A stretch of 64,000 nt of DNA from Octopus bimaculoides (GCF_001194135.2 NC_068990.1:1115906-1179905); one strand, 5' to 3'. Shown: positions 36,204-49,094, counted from the stretch's first letter. The notes: generated by a model not told the origin, from the sequence alone. Numbers and translations: made by a program.

Positions 36204-36610
36204 TTCAAGAGAGCCACCTTCAGCTTCAACAACTGCTTCTATGTGTGATCTAAATCATCTACATGCTCGAATCAAGTGGTCTTGGTTCATTTTGGACATT
36301 ACTCGCACTATGGCAGCTTTCAAAGAAACCTTGGTGTGTGGGCATGTTCATTTGCCTCTCTCTCAACAATGCTCCACATGTAAATAGTCCAATGGATTGA
36401 GATCTTGGGAATTAGGAGGCCAAATGTTAGGGGTTATGTGATCATGTGAATGCCATCTATTCCTGTGTTACTAGAGCCATATGTGATAGTACAGAGTCTT
36501 ACTGAAACACATATGACCTTCCATTGCATACACTGTCTATCCAGGGCTTAACAATTGTTTCCAGGACCTCAATGTAGGTGGCAGAGTTAATTTGCCTGAA
36601 ACTACCAAAT
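36204..36610 (-). mobile_element. Tc1/mariner transposase remnant, maT (DD37D)-like
   Basis: Minus strand: INSATYIEVLETIVKPWI, YVFQ*DS..SH, ITPNIWPPNSQDLNPLDY, WSIVERE, HLIRACR*FRSHIEAVVEAEGG. The terminal D in NPLDY and spacing near 37 (small deletion present) fit maT. Confidence 0.8.
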
Positions 36611-36641
36611 GCTGAACAAGAATAATAACAACAACAACAAC

Positions 36642-36897
36642 AACAAAAGTACTCAGATTGCTCTCAAAAATTAAGTAAAAAAACAGGAAAAATAATCCAG
36701 AATCCTTGTCCGGTACTGGATCGATCCCAATATCTAATCAGTTCGTGCCAGTCACGAGGCCAAACATCCCTGAAAGTTTCATTCTAATCCATCCAGTAGT
36801 TCTGAGATATCTTGTCCACAGACAAACAAACAAACAAACAAACAAACAAACAAATAAACACAATTGAAAACAATACCTCCACCTTCGCTAAGGTGTC

Positions 36898-36950
<53 letters not shown>

Positions 36951-37310
36951 GAGCACTCAGAGAGTGCAAATCTCTGCCAACGCAACACCAATGTCCTCTC
37001 AACGATTAGCCGGAGATGATTTTTAAAATGAGAATATCTGAAATAAACTTGACTGCTCTCATGAACAAGACATTAAAAATGAACCCAACTGCTCTCAAAA
37101 ATGAAGTAAAAAAGCAAGAAATATAATCCAGAATCCTTGTCCGGTACTGGATTGATCCCAAAATCTAATCAGTTTGTGCCAATCACGAAGCCAAACATCC
37201 CTGAAAATTTCATCTGGATCTATCCAGCAGTTCTTGAGATATCATGTCCATGGACAAACAAACGAACACGACTGAAAACAATACCTCCACCTTAGCGAAG
37301 GCGAAGGTAA
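36642..37310 (+). mobile_element. Two tandem DINE/HINE-like (Helentron/Helitron2 non-autonomous) elements: 36642-36903 (internally deleted) and 36946-37310
   Basis: 5' aacaagaGCACTCagaGAGTGC mini-hairpin, conserved core, (CAAA)n microsatellite, 3' hairpin acctcc(a/g)cctt-4 nt-aagg..aggt, flanked by (AAT)n/(AAC)n. Confidence 0.65.
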
Positions 37311-37329
37311 TAATAACAACAACCACAAC

Positions 37330-37364
<35 letters not shown>

Positions 37365-37365
<1 letters not shown>

Positions 37366-38090
37366 TTCAAATTTTTATAGAAGGTTAGCAGTTTTCAAGT
37401 GTGTGGGTAAGTTGATTACATCGACTCCAGTACTTGACTGGTACTTATTTTATTACCTTTGAAAGGATGAAAAGCTAAGTCAAACTAATAATCTTTTTTA
37501 TTACAGGCACAAGGCCTGGAATTTCTTGGGAAGAGGATAGTCGATCACATCGAACCCAGTACTTGACCGGTACTTAATTTATCAACCCCAAAAGGATGAA
37601 AGGCAAAATCGACCTCTCAGAATTTGAACCCAGAACGTAGTGATGGGTAAAATACTGCTAAGCATGCCATCCAGTATGCTAACAATTCTGCCAACTAACT
37701 GCCTTAGTAATAATAATAATGAGTGTTTCTAATATCGATACAGAATCAGTGATTTTGAGAGGAAGATGATGGTTGATATTGATCCCAGTTCTTGACCGGT
37801 ACTTTATTTTGCTGACCTCAGAAGGATAAAAGGCAAAGTTGTTTCCAGTGTGGCTTGAACTCAGGTTGTATCTAGTCAGAAGAAAAGACCATAGTCATTT
37901 TGTCTGGTACCCTGATAATTCTAATAGTTCATTTACCTAATTGCTCTTTACTTTTTGTACAAGGCCTGAAATTTTTGGAAAGGGTGTTGAATAAATCAAC
38001 CACTGAACTTGACAAGTAATTTATTTTAATGACTATAGAAAGATGGAAGGAAAAATTGATGTTAGCAGGATTTAAACTCATAACAAATGA
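37365..38090 (-). mobile_element. Cluster of ~4 SINE family B copies separated by (AAT)n
   Basis: Repeated gatcccagt(a)cttgaccggtact..aaggat(g/a)aaaggcaaa.. segments. Confidence 0.8.
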
Positions 38091-39249
38091 CACAAGACAT
38101 CTTTGTTAATCCATTGTCTATCAATTATTAAGCTAGACCAACATACTTAGCAAGTTGTCCAGCAGTGCATATTCTTTTATATCTTTGGTTACTATTGAGT
38201 GTTTCTGTGCAGAAAACAACATAATTACTATGATTTCCATCTAAAACTCTGATATGTTTTGTTCAAATGGTATTTAAAAAAAAAACCCCAGCTAATTTTA
38301 GTGAATTCCACTTTTTCATTTAAAGACTTTAAATGATTTCTATTTGCCAAAATAAATGGTGATATTACAATCTATCAATTCATGTGTTAAATCATGAATT
38401 TTTTTTTGTATTTTGTCTTTCAGTTAATCTTGTAAAAACACCATTCTTAACTGTATCAAATTATATTTTTTTAAATAGTAAATTCATTTTTCTTTTACTT
38501 AAAAAAAAATTTTGATGGTTGCTATTTGTCAGAACAGATGGTGACATAATCATCTGTGTATTCATGTGATACATCTTAAGTTTCATTTTGTCTTTCAGTT
38601 GATCTTGTAAAATAAGAACACTTTAGTGGATGAGTGAAGTATCATTGAGTTAGGAAAAGACAAACAATGAATTTCAGAAGTTGTTGGAAAGAGAACTAAC
38701 TAGTGCTGAATGTTGTGAAGAGAAATGGGATGATATAGTTGGGTCCTGTGCTAGAGAAAAAAAAAATGGCTGTAAGTAGGTGAGAGGATTGATGGAAATG
38801 AATGTAGAAAAAAGTAGTGGAAGAAAATGACTGAGAAATGTATGGCTGAAGATGAAAGAAATAAGGGAAAGGGAGCTGCGAGAGGCATTGTAGATGAAAC
38901 AGTAAAATAGGGGAGGCAGTGATGGAGACTGGAAGGCCTTAGTAGAGAATTGGTTTTAAAACACTTGTTCTTGTTGTAGATAATCCTGTAAAATCACTAT
39001 TCTTAGCTGTGTCAACGTTTCTGGAATTTTGAAATAACAAGCATTATTTTTGTTTGATTAATATTTAACTGTTTCAGTAATGAGACTGTGACCCCACTGG
39101 AGTTTTTGTTTTTTTCATATCAATCATATTGACCCTATTTCTTGTTTATATATCTCTGTCTGTTGAATCATTGAGGTATGAAATATAAACACTGACACTT
39201 TTCTTTTGAAAGCAGCAACGATGTAAAAATAGACATGAATAGAGACATG

Positions 39250-39313
<64 letters not shown>

Positions 39314-39314
39314 T

Positions 39315-39447
39315 ATGTTGGCATTAGGAAGGGCATCCAGCCATAAAAACCTTGCCAAATCAGACTGGCATCTGGTGCAGCCTTCCAGCTTTGCTTAAAC
39401 CACCCAGCTGATGCCAGCATGGACAACACACATTAAATGATGATGTA
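39315..39447 (+). mobile_element. RTE-tail element fragment
   Basis: ttggcattaggaagggcatccagcc..gatgccagcatgga..ttaaatgatgatg. Confidence 0.85.
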
Positions 39448-40119
39448 TTCAGACACATGCACGCAAATATATAAATGTGTGTGTATTCATACATGTATAT
39501 ATATATATATATCTGTATATATTAAAGAATTATTGCTAAATTTTGCTACAGTAGCTGCTGTCATTTGCAGCAAGTACTGATATTACACTGTAATGCCTTC
39601 TAACATACAAGCAGATCAAGCCATGAAGGACAATGGGTCCTCTTTATGGATTCATAAATAAAACCCCCAATTGTTTCACTGTATTATGAAACAGTAACCT
39701 TTCAATTGGTTCCCCAGTACAACAGCAATGAAGCCACTTGCGCCATAGTGACTAAACTATTTGTATAATAGTGACTAAGCTACTTGAAACAAAGCAAGTA
39801 AGCCAGTTGATTTAATTGAAACTGTTACAGTGAAAAGGTTAATTAAGCTGAATAATTAGAGTTCAATTAAATGAAACAGTTGAGGACTAAATTACGACTG
39901 AATGCAGACAACATTTATGGATTTAACACTACTGTAAATTAATTGGTTACTCACTAATAATTCTCTTTTATATGTCCTTTGTGTCTGAAATCCACATTTA
40001 GTTTAAATAAATAAATTAGACAAGCAAATGAAGCAGTTGCTACACAGTTGTTGAATTTGCTAGAAATAGCTGACAAATTTCTCTGAAATTATTAAAGTTA
40101 AGACAGAAAGGTTAAATAT

Positions 40120-40500
40120 TGTATAGACATGGTTGTGTGGTAAGAAGTTCACTTCCCAACTACATGGTTCCAGGTTCAGTCCTACTGTGTGGCACCTTTG
40201 TCAAATGTCTTTTACTATAATCTCAGGGGTGACCAAAGCCTTGTGAGTGGATTTGGTAGATAGAAACTGAAAGAAGCCCATTATGTATGTGTGTGTGCTA
40301 TTGTGTCTGTGTTTTTCCCCCCACCAGTGCTTGATAACCAATGTTGGTGTGTTTACATACCTGTAACTTAGCAGTTCAGCAAAGAGACTGATAGAATAAG
40401 TACCAGGCTTAAAGAAATATATATATACACATATATATAAGTATTGGGATCATTTTATTCAGCTAAAAATTCAAGGTAGTGAAACAAGTAAAGGAGATAT
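40120..40500 (+). mobile_element. SINE family A, near full length
   Basis: Collinear with 31184-31597. Confidence 0.85.
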
Positions 40501-40874
40501 TATATAATCTATAAAAAAAACAAAGAAAAAATCTTTCTATCTATAACTCTGATGATTCAGGGTTAACTCAAGGCTTTTGTAACTGTTTTACAAGATTTTC
40601 GAATCATTTTGTGGCATTTTGGGAAGGTCACTGTTCTAATAAAAACACTTACACTGATTATAGGTGCATCAACGAGTGTTACTACTTAGAGGACTAGGCA
40701 AATTACGTGATACAAGTATGAATGTAGATTCATTTACGATTTTTAATTACTATGGTTAGTTGGCTTGTATATTTACTCGTTTTCTTTGAATTCACCAGTG
40801 TGTATTAGTGAAAACTATGGTTTCGACCAGATTTGACTTAAATTTCTAGCAATACTGTGTACTATTTCCTACCC

Positions 40875-40913
<39 letters not shown>

Positions 40914-41356
40914 NNNNNNNNNNNNNNNNNNNNNNNNNNNNNNNNNNNNNNNNNNNNNNNNNNNNNNNNNNNNNNNNNNNNNNNNNNNNNNNNNNNNNNN
41001 NNNNNNNNNNNNNNNNNNNNNNNNNNNNNNNNNNNNNNNNNNNNNNNNNNNNNNNNNNNNNNNNNNNNNNNNNNNNNNNNNNNNNNNNNNNNNNNNNNNN
41101 NNNNNNNNNNNNNNNNNNNNNNNNNNNNNNNNNNNNNNNNNNNNNNNNNNNNNNNNNNNNNNNNNNNNNNNNNNNNNNNNNNNNNNNNNNNNNNNNNNNN
41201 NNNNNNNNNNNNNNNNNNNNNNNNNNNNNNNNNNNNNNNNNNNNNNNNNNNNNNNNNNNNNNNNNNNNNNNNNNNNNNNNNNNNNNNNNNNNNNNNNNNN
41301 NNNNNNNNNNNNNNNNNNNNNNNNNNNNNNNNNNNNNNNNNNNNNNNNNNNNNNNN

Positions 41357-41395
<39 letters not shown>

Positions 41396-41424
41396 AGAAT
41401 ATGTATAAACTTATCATGGCTTCT

Positions 41425-42170
41425 ATACACTTTCCTCATGTCTTGGTATATTTTGTCATAGGTGGACAGGTCTTGTGCAACACTACATATTACAAGTCAG
41501 TCATCTCTTGTGTGAGATGCAGCATCATCAGGTAAGCCTTCACCACTTCAACCTAAGGCTTCCTTGGTTTTCCCTCTTCTGCATATTCTACTAACTGGCA
41601 TTGCTAGACGCTTCCTTCCTTCGGCACCAATCATCATCCATATGCATCGCTTGCTTGTACAAATGCAGCTTCCTCTCTTGCACATTGCACTTGATTCCTC
41701 TTGTACAACATTATCCTCTCAGCTTATTTTTTGTTTCAGCATTCATGCACATTAAGACGGATAGTCCATGGTCCAGGGTACTTATAAACAAGGCTGGACC
41801 AGTAAAAGACGCATCCTACTTGTACATTGTTGATAGGTTTACCAAGTGGCCGGACGTATGTAGGTGCAGTCAACCTTAGATATTACATATCCAATGGAGC
41901 AGATTACTTTCATTTTTTTCTCTATTCTTTGTAAGTCTTCTGTATTCAAAGCTTGTATCTTGCTACCATGCACCATTGCAGTTCTAACACTTGTGCCATA
42001 CAACCTGCCCTTTAATCCAAAGGAAAAGACCTTCACTGGCTGCTGTGATAATAACACCTTGATCATATTCTACTTCATTCTTTCTTCCACTTCTATGCTC
42101 TCTGAGCAGTCATCTCCCTTCCTAACCATGTCACCTAGGTAACAGATGCTATTACCTAATTCTAGTGAGC
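41425..42170 (-). mobile_element. RTE LINE 3' fragment interrupted by a Gypsy integrase snippet
   Basis: Minus strand: ICYLGDMV, LKGRLYGTSVRTAMVHGS, WICNI|NVHE, RGIKCNVQERKL, CRRGKPRK, EVVKAYL, VLHKTCPP. Confidence 0.85.
41754..41878 (+). mobile_element. Gypsy LTR-retrotransposon integrase fragment (125 bp)
   Basis: KTDSPWSRVLINKAGPVKDASYLYIVDRFTKWPDVCRC matches the rve core pattern PW.R.HID.AGP...YL.VVD.FSKWPE. Confidence 0.85.
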
Positions 42171-42251
42171 CATCCAGGCTCATGCCACACACACACACAC
42201 AGACATGTACCTATATAAGTATATATACATATTTATATGTACATATATATT

Positions 42252-42294
<43 letters not shown>

Positions 42295-42496
42295 NNNNNN
42301 NNNNNNNNNNNNNNNNNNNNNNNNNNNNNNNNNNNNNNNNNNNNNNNNNNNNNNNNNNNNNNNNNNNNNNNNNNNNNNNNNNNNNNNNNNNNNNNNNNNN
42401 NNNNNNNNNNNNNNNNNNNNNNNNNNNNNNNNNNNNNNNNNNNNNNNNNNNNNNNNNNNNNNNNNNNNNNNNNNNNNNNNNNNNNNNNNNNNNNNN

Positions 42497-42602
42497 ATAA
42501 AAACAATACAAATAAATTATAAATTATAAAGCTCTGAAAGAAATGACAGATGCCATTTCTTTCAGAGCTTTATAATTTATAATTTATTTGTATTGTTTTT
42601 AT
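42497..42602. repeat. Perfect ~49-bp-arm hairpin at a contig edge
   Basis: 42497-42545 is the exact reverse complement of 42554-42602; 8-nt loop. Confidence 0.9.
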
Positions 42603-42678
42603 TAAAAAATTTGAACCTCATAATATCATACAAATAAACTATTTATACATCCCTCATTCTCCATTTTCTTTCTTTCAT

Positions 42679-42710
<32 letters not shown>

Positions 42711-43794
42711 CACACACAATGTACAATGGAGGCTGGTGTGGTTCCTGGCCTTATCGACTCTACCAACTCCTGTCAAGCCATCCAATCCACCATGCCAGCA
42801 TGGAAAATGGATGTAAAATGATGATGATGATGATGACGATGATGATAATACAAGTATATGTATATTATATATGTGTGTGTGTGTAATATGCATGTGTGTG
42901 TGTTTATATGGCTGTTTACATTCTATGCTTTTCTCCAAAAAGTCACCACTGAGTCACTGACAGCGAGCGGTATTGTTGCTGTTTCTCTGTCTAGATATTA
43001 TCCATGAAATCTGTGCTTTTGAAGATGATCAGAATAAAAACTCCCTTTCTTGGAAAATAGGTAACAATGGTTTGGGTCACAATGGGCATCCAGCTGTGAA
43101 AAGTGCTTCAATAATATATATATAGTCATCTAACACATACTAGCATGAGAAAAAGAATATAAAATGAACAAATAGTGAGATAGCATTTTTTATTATCAAC
43201 ACACAAAGTTATTTACTGGCATACTGGAGAACTAGGCTTTGTCAATTATATTAAATAAAATATAATTACATTTCTGAGATAGATGTTAAAAAAAGTATTA
43301 TCTGTTGACAGAAGTGAACTCCAGTTTAATGTCAACAATTTAATTATTCAATTTATCACTTGTATGGAAAGAACGATTCGTTCTGTTGCTATTTTGACTT
43401 GCTTGCTTCTGTGAATTTGTTCAGGTGATAAAGAGATGTTACCTGTATAAAAGCAAGAAATGGAGTATGGTTTGATGGGGGTGTTTAGCTGCTATTTCTC
43501 GTATATTGAGTTGACATCATTACTATGTTATCTTTTATCTTTTGTTCTTTACTTGTTTCCAGTCATTGGACTGTGGTCATGCTGGGGCACTGCCTTAATG
43601 GTTTACTCATACAAATTGCCTCCAGCATTCATAATTATTCTATTCGTTCCTTTTGCTGAACTGCAAAGTTACAGGGATGGGAAGAAACCAACACCAGTTG
43701 TCAAGAGAAGTACAGGTAACAAACACAAACACAAAAATGCACACATATATCTATGCATAATTATATACATATATATTGTGCCAGCGGAGCACTA

Positions 43795-44447
43795 ACAGCA
43801 CTGTCTGAGCGTGGTCATTGCCAGAGCAGCTGTCTGGCCCCCGTGCCGGTGGCACGTAAATAGCACCATTTGAGCGTGATCATTACCAGCATCGCCTTAC
43901 TGGCACTTGTGCCGGTGGCATGTTAGAAAATCATTTGAGCGAGGTCATTGCCAGTGCCACTGGACTGGCTCCTGTGCAGATGGCATGTACAAAACACCAT
44001 TTGAGCGTGGCCATTGCCAGTACCACCTGACTGGCCCTTGTGCCAATGGCACGTAAAAGCACCCACTTCACTCTTGGAGTGGTTGGCGTTAGGAAGGGCA
44101 TCCAGCTGTAGAAACTCTGCCAGATCAGATTGGAGCCTGGTACAGCCATCCGGTTCACCAGTCCTCAGTCAAACCATCCAACCCATGCCAGCATGGAAAG
44201 TGGATGTTAAACTATGATGATGATGATGCTAGTGCTGCATGCACCCATGCCAGTGGAATGTAAAAAGCACCCAACACACTCTGTTAAGTTGTTGGCATTA
44301 GGAAGGACATCCAGCTATGGAAACCATGCCACAACAGACAGTTGGAGTCTGGACAGCTCCCTGCTAGCCAGCTCCATGTCAAACTGTCCAACCCATACCA
44401 GCACGGAAAGCAGATGATAAACGATGATGATGATGATGATGATGATG
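43795..44447 (+). mobile_element. Two RTE-tail elements, the first with ~4-5 tandem ~62-bp units
   Basis: (cattgccag..ctggc.cc.gtgccggtggcacgtaaa.agcaccatttgagcgtg)n, then ttggcgttaggaagggcatccagc..(GAT)n, as in the 3' UTR at 13300-13665. Confidence 0.88.
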
Positions 44448-44870
44448 AAAGGATGAAAGGCAAAGTTGACCTTGGAAGAATTTGAGCTCACAATGTAAAA
44501 CCAAGAGAAATACTTATTTCTTTATTGCCCCCAGGGGGCTAAACATAGAGAAGACAAACAAGGACAGACAAAGGGATTAAGTCGATTACATCGACCCCAG
44601 TGCGTAACTGGTACTTAATTTATCGACCCCGAAAGGATGAAAGGCAAAGTCGACCTCGGCGGAATTTGAACTCAGTCTGCAGCGGCAAACGANNNNNNNN
44701 NNGAAAGGATGAAAGGCAAAGTCGACCTCGGCGGAATTTGAACTCAGTCTGCAGCGGCAAACGAAATACCGCTAAGCATTTCGCCTGGTGTGCTAACGTT
44801 TCTGCCAGCTTACCGCTTTAAACCAAGAGAAATACTGCTAAGCATTTTGTCTGCCAGTTCACCATCTTCA
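44440..44870 (-). mobile_element. Older SINE B containing a young SINE B (44515-44819) with a 17-bp TSD
   Basis: aaaccaagagaaatact at 44498-44514 and 44820-44836; the inner copy retains CpGs. An artefactual 62-bp duplication flanks the 10-N gap. Confidence 0.85.
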
Positions 44871-45339
44871 GTAGTTCAAGAGGTTATAAGGGTTCTCCTA
44901 CATTAACAGAATCACTAGTTATGCTTACGGAAGTGGTTGTATTAATCTCTTTCTTTCTTTTTCTGGTGGTGGTGGGTGATGAATACCAAAAAAGTTCCGT
45001 AGAAATGCATTACAATTTATAACATGCAAGTCAGTAAGAAAATAAGTTTTGCGTTACAGAACATCCCCATTATGGCAAAGCTTTCAAGAATACAACCCTT
45101 CCCTAACATGAGGGACGTTTCCCTTCATGCTGGGGTTTGGAGGAAGGAGCAGTGCCTGTCACCATTTGTAGGTCTCCTGATACAGGTGAGATTGATGTTA
45201 TTCTTGGCACCATTGTCGACATTCTTTTATTTCTTTGCTGTTTCAGTCAATGGACTTGACCATACTGGGGCAATGCATTGAAGGGTTTCAGTTAAACAAA
45301 TTGACCTCAGTATTTCTGTTTCTTATTTTTTGTGTTTTT

Positions 45340-45820
45340 TACTTATGTCAGGTATTCTTTTATTCTTTTATTCTTTTATTCTTCTATTCTTTTATTCTTT
45401 TATTCTTTTATTCTTTTATTCTTTTACTTGTTTCAGTCATTTGACTGTGGCCATGCTGGAGCACTGCCTTAAAAGGTTTTGTAGTTGAAGAAATTGACCC
45501 CAGGATTTATTCTTTGTCACCCTAGTACTTATTCTATCGGTCACTTTTGTCGAACTGCTAAGTTATGGGGATGTAAACACACCAACATTAGTTGTCAAGC
45601 AATGGTGTGGGGACAAACACGGTCACAAAGACAAATGCACATAAATACACACACACACACACATGCGATGGGCTTCTTTCAGTTTGTCTACCAAACCTAC
45701 TCCCAAGTTTTGGTCGGTCTGAGGCTATAGCAGAAAACACTTGCCCAAAGTGCTATGCATTGGGATTGAACCTGGAAGCATGCAGTTTGGAAGCAAGCTT
45801 CTTACCACACAGCTGCACCT
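45340..45820 (-). mobile_element. SINE family A with an expanded (TTTTATTC)n tail
   Basis: Reverse complement of the family A layout. Confidence 0.85.
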
Positions 45821-46417
45821 TTGTATATCCAGCTTAATATCAGAGTGACCTTCCCTTTGAGACGTGCTTCAACAAAAGCTAAGGGCTGCTTCACTCCTGA
45901 GTGCCTGTGCTACTGCTGGATGCTCATTGAGCCTATGCTGGGTTCATCTGTCTTTATTGCAGTTCTCGTTTTCAGTCTTGCTCGGTTTCTAGTGACCCTC
46001 CCCATCAACTGTTTACTGGAGATCCCAGTGATTTATTTAGTTGATTCAGGCATTGATTTCACTCACTTTTTCAACCTGTGCAGTTATATTTTTTTGCACG
46101 TATTTGGGGGTCAAGTGTAAGCTAGAGCTTCTTTTCTTTAAATGTTATGCATTCTTTATTTTACCTATTGAGATGTCTTGAGTTATGTCTCTAAATACAT
46201 GACATTGGTAGTTGTGGTAGCAGAAGTTGTTGTAATAGTATTGAAATATATGTATGTATTTAAGTATGTGTGTATGTATGTATTCTTATATGAGAGATTT
46301 TTATACCACTTCAAAAACTTAGATTTAAAGATTTTTTTTTTCTTTTTGAAAATTCTTGGTCCTTCCTGCCTATCTCTTTCAACCTTCTGCCAATACATCA
46401 TCAATTTAGTATATGTA

Positions 46418-46466
<49 letters not shown>

Positions 46467-48212
46467 GCATATATATATATATACGTATATATATACAAAT
46501 ATATACATATTTATACATACATATATATACACTTATATATATATACATATATATATACATATATATATATACATATATATACATATATAAATTTATACAC
46601 ACACACACACACATACACATATGTAATGTACCAGATAAATTTTGATAAACATCTAACTTTTCACAGGCATTGTTATTGTAATAGAAAGAAAGGGAACCAT
46701 GCTGGCTGCATAATAGCTAAATAAACGAGAACTGTAAAACTTCTTGCAGGCTGTAACTGGAAATAGATAAGAAAAAAAAAAAAGTAAAAAAGAAGCTATG
46801 AACAAAAATACAAACAAGTAGACAAACAAAAAACCAGAAATGTATGGCTGGGTCTGGCTTATTGATTTTAAAAAAATTTTTTTTTTTCATGTGAAGCAAT
46901 GACTATATGTAATCTTATTATGTGTCCCTTCCATATTCAACATTTTCTTTATGTTCTTATAAATATCAAGTTCTTTTAACACCGTTTACTACTACAAATT
47001 ATATAAGTCTGAGATTTTGCTTGATGAAGCAAGAAATACTTTTTAGACAGAACTGTGCCTATGTAATTTTGAAGCAATCATCTAACAAAAGCCTGTGTGT
47101 TTTGGTTTGGAATCAGATGTCTAGGTCAGTCTAAATGGCTGTGTGTGACAGAATGGTATGGCAAATCTCATTAAGTCTTTATTTAAAGTCAAATAATGTT
47201 AAATGTTAATGTTATATGTGTGTGTGTGTATGTGTGTGTGCGTGAGCATATGTGCATGTGTGTGTGCACGCGCATGTGTGTGTATGAGTGATGGTGTATA
47301 CATTATGTATATATATATCTATTATATGCAACAGAAGCTATATTAGATTAGAATAGCTATTTCTGTATCATACCTAATGTAAATACATTGTGAATAAGCA
47401 CAATATGTATATATCAAAAGGATACAGAACTCTTCAAAGCAGTGGTGAATGAGACTGCCAGATGTATTTCTGCTTCATTACGCATTATCAATAATGTATA
47501 CTAACTGCCAGAATATATAGGCAAAATTTGTCTTCATTGTTGTATACGTAAACAGCAAAGAATAATCACTGATGCTGCAGGTGGTTACTTGACTGAAAAA
47601 TTCATGGTATGCAACAGAAGCAGTATTCATTTGAAATGGCCATTTATTTATCATACTTAATAGGTTGGATGTGGTGCTGACGAAAAAGCAAATATAGCAT
47701 ATACACCTATTACCCATTTTTCATCTTTGATCTCATTGTTGCTTACATTAGGCATACTTGGATATGAAATGTCTTAACAAATCAGTGCTATTTCTATGCA
47801 AATTTTGTAGAGATAACCTTAACAAGTGGTTTGATACCACTGCTAACACAGTAGAACAGAGTATTGACTTATAAAGCATTTAATATACTTTGTAGTATAT
47901 TATCATTGCATAACGAAATATGGTGTCTCTACAAGACATTAACTTAATATAAGCACATTTTGAATGGCAAAACTCCCTGCAGTATTTGTCTAGAGATAGT
48001 ATCTCCTACTGATGCATTGTGTTTAAAAACAATATGTGTATATCAGAGGGATGAGGAATTCTTCCCAGCAGCAGCAGCAGTAGTATTGATCTTGCAACAA
48101 GCAAATTAGCTTGTTAAGAAAATCTCTCGTAGAGATGAAAGCAGTAATTATACCGAGAAGTAATTTCTATCACAATTTAAACACGGCTGTTCTGTAGGAA
48201 CCAACATTACTG

Positions 48213-48264
<52 letters not shown>

Positions 48265-48825
48265 CACACAAACATGTATATACACACACACATGTATATA
48301 CACTATGTACTGAAATAATATAATGAAATAAATATCGAGCCACCTGTTGTTGAATGCAGATATAGCACAAGTCTGGATAATACTAAAACAGTTGGCAAAC
48401 TATGAACCACTTGACAATAGAAAGCTATTAACAGCAACAAATACAACAATAGCTACATCTTTCTCTTTCTGTATGTTTGTATGTATGTCGCTTTTATTTT
48501 CTAATTATTATAAATCTTTCACTGAAGAACGAGCCAGTTTCCAACAAAGATACAAGGCTCCATCCTTGGGATGTAGTTAACACAGACAAATCCATATTTG
48601 TAACTTGAGAAAAGTCTTGCATATTTTTACTGTTCCACTCGCAGATTGCACTTGTAATGTGCCAATTAGCTGATCAGTTTCTCTTTGTGCAAATCCCAGT
48701 TTATCCAGATTCTCTTTTAAGCATTTACTAACAAAATCTAGTACTCCAATGATTGTATGTATGTATGTATGTATGTATGTATATCATCATCATCGTCATC
48801 ATCGTCATCGTCATCATCGTAGCTG

Positions 48826-48829
<4 letters not shown>

Positions 48830-48856
<27 letters not shown>

Positions 48857-49085
48857 TCAGTGCCTGTTTTCCATGCTGGTATGTTTTGCATGGTTTGACA
48901 GCAGATTGCCAACCAGAGAGCTGCACTAGGCTCCAGTTGTCTGCTTCAGAATGCTTTCTACGGCTGGATGCCATTCCTAAGTACCAACCACTTTACAGAG
49001 TGTACTGGGTGCTTTTCACTTGGCACCAACACGGGTACTTTTCACATGGCACCAGTGAAGGTGCTTCTTACATGGCACCAGCACA
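48830..49085 (-). mobile_element. RTE-tail element with a long (ATC)n tail
   Basis: catcattcag..ttccatgctgg..ggctggatgccattcct..accactttacagagtgtactgggtgctttt. Confidence 0.8.
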
Positions 49086-49094
49086 AGTGCTTTT

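Noticed and set aside
41462-41531. Plus-strand 70-nt exon-like segment ending CAG|gtaagc
   Set aside because: It is the antisense strand of an RTE 3' end.
44631-44764. Exact 62-bp direct repeat resembling a tandem or CRISPR-like unit
   Set aside because: The copies flank a 10-N gap: a contig-overlap artefact inside one SINE.
45060-45185. 126-nt frame-preserving exon candidate (NIPIMAK..LLIQ)
   Set aside because: Partly resembles an antisense LINE tail, and the peptide is unrecognisable; treated as chance pending RNA-seq.
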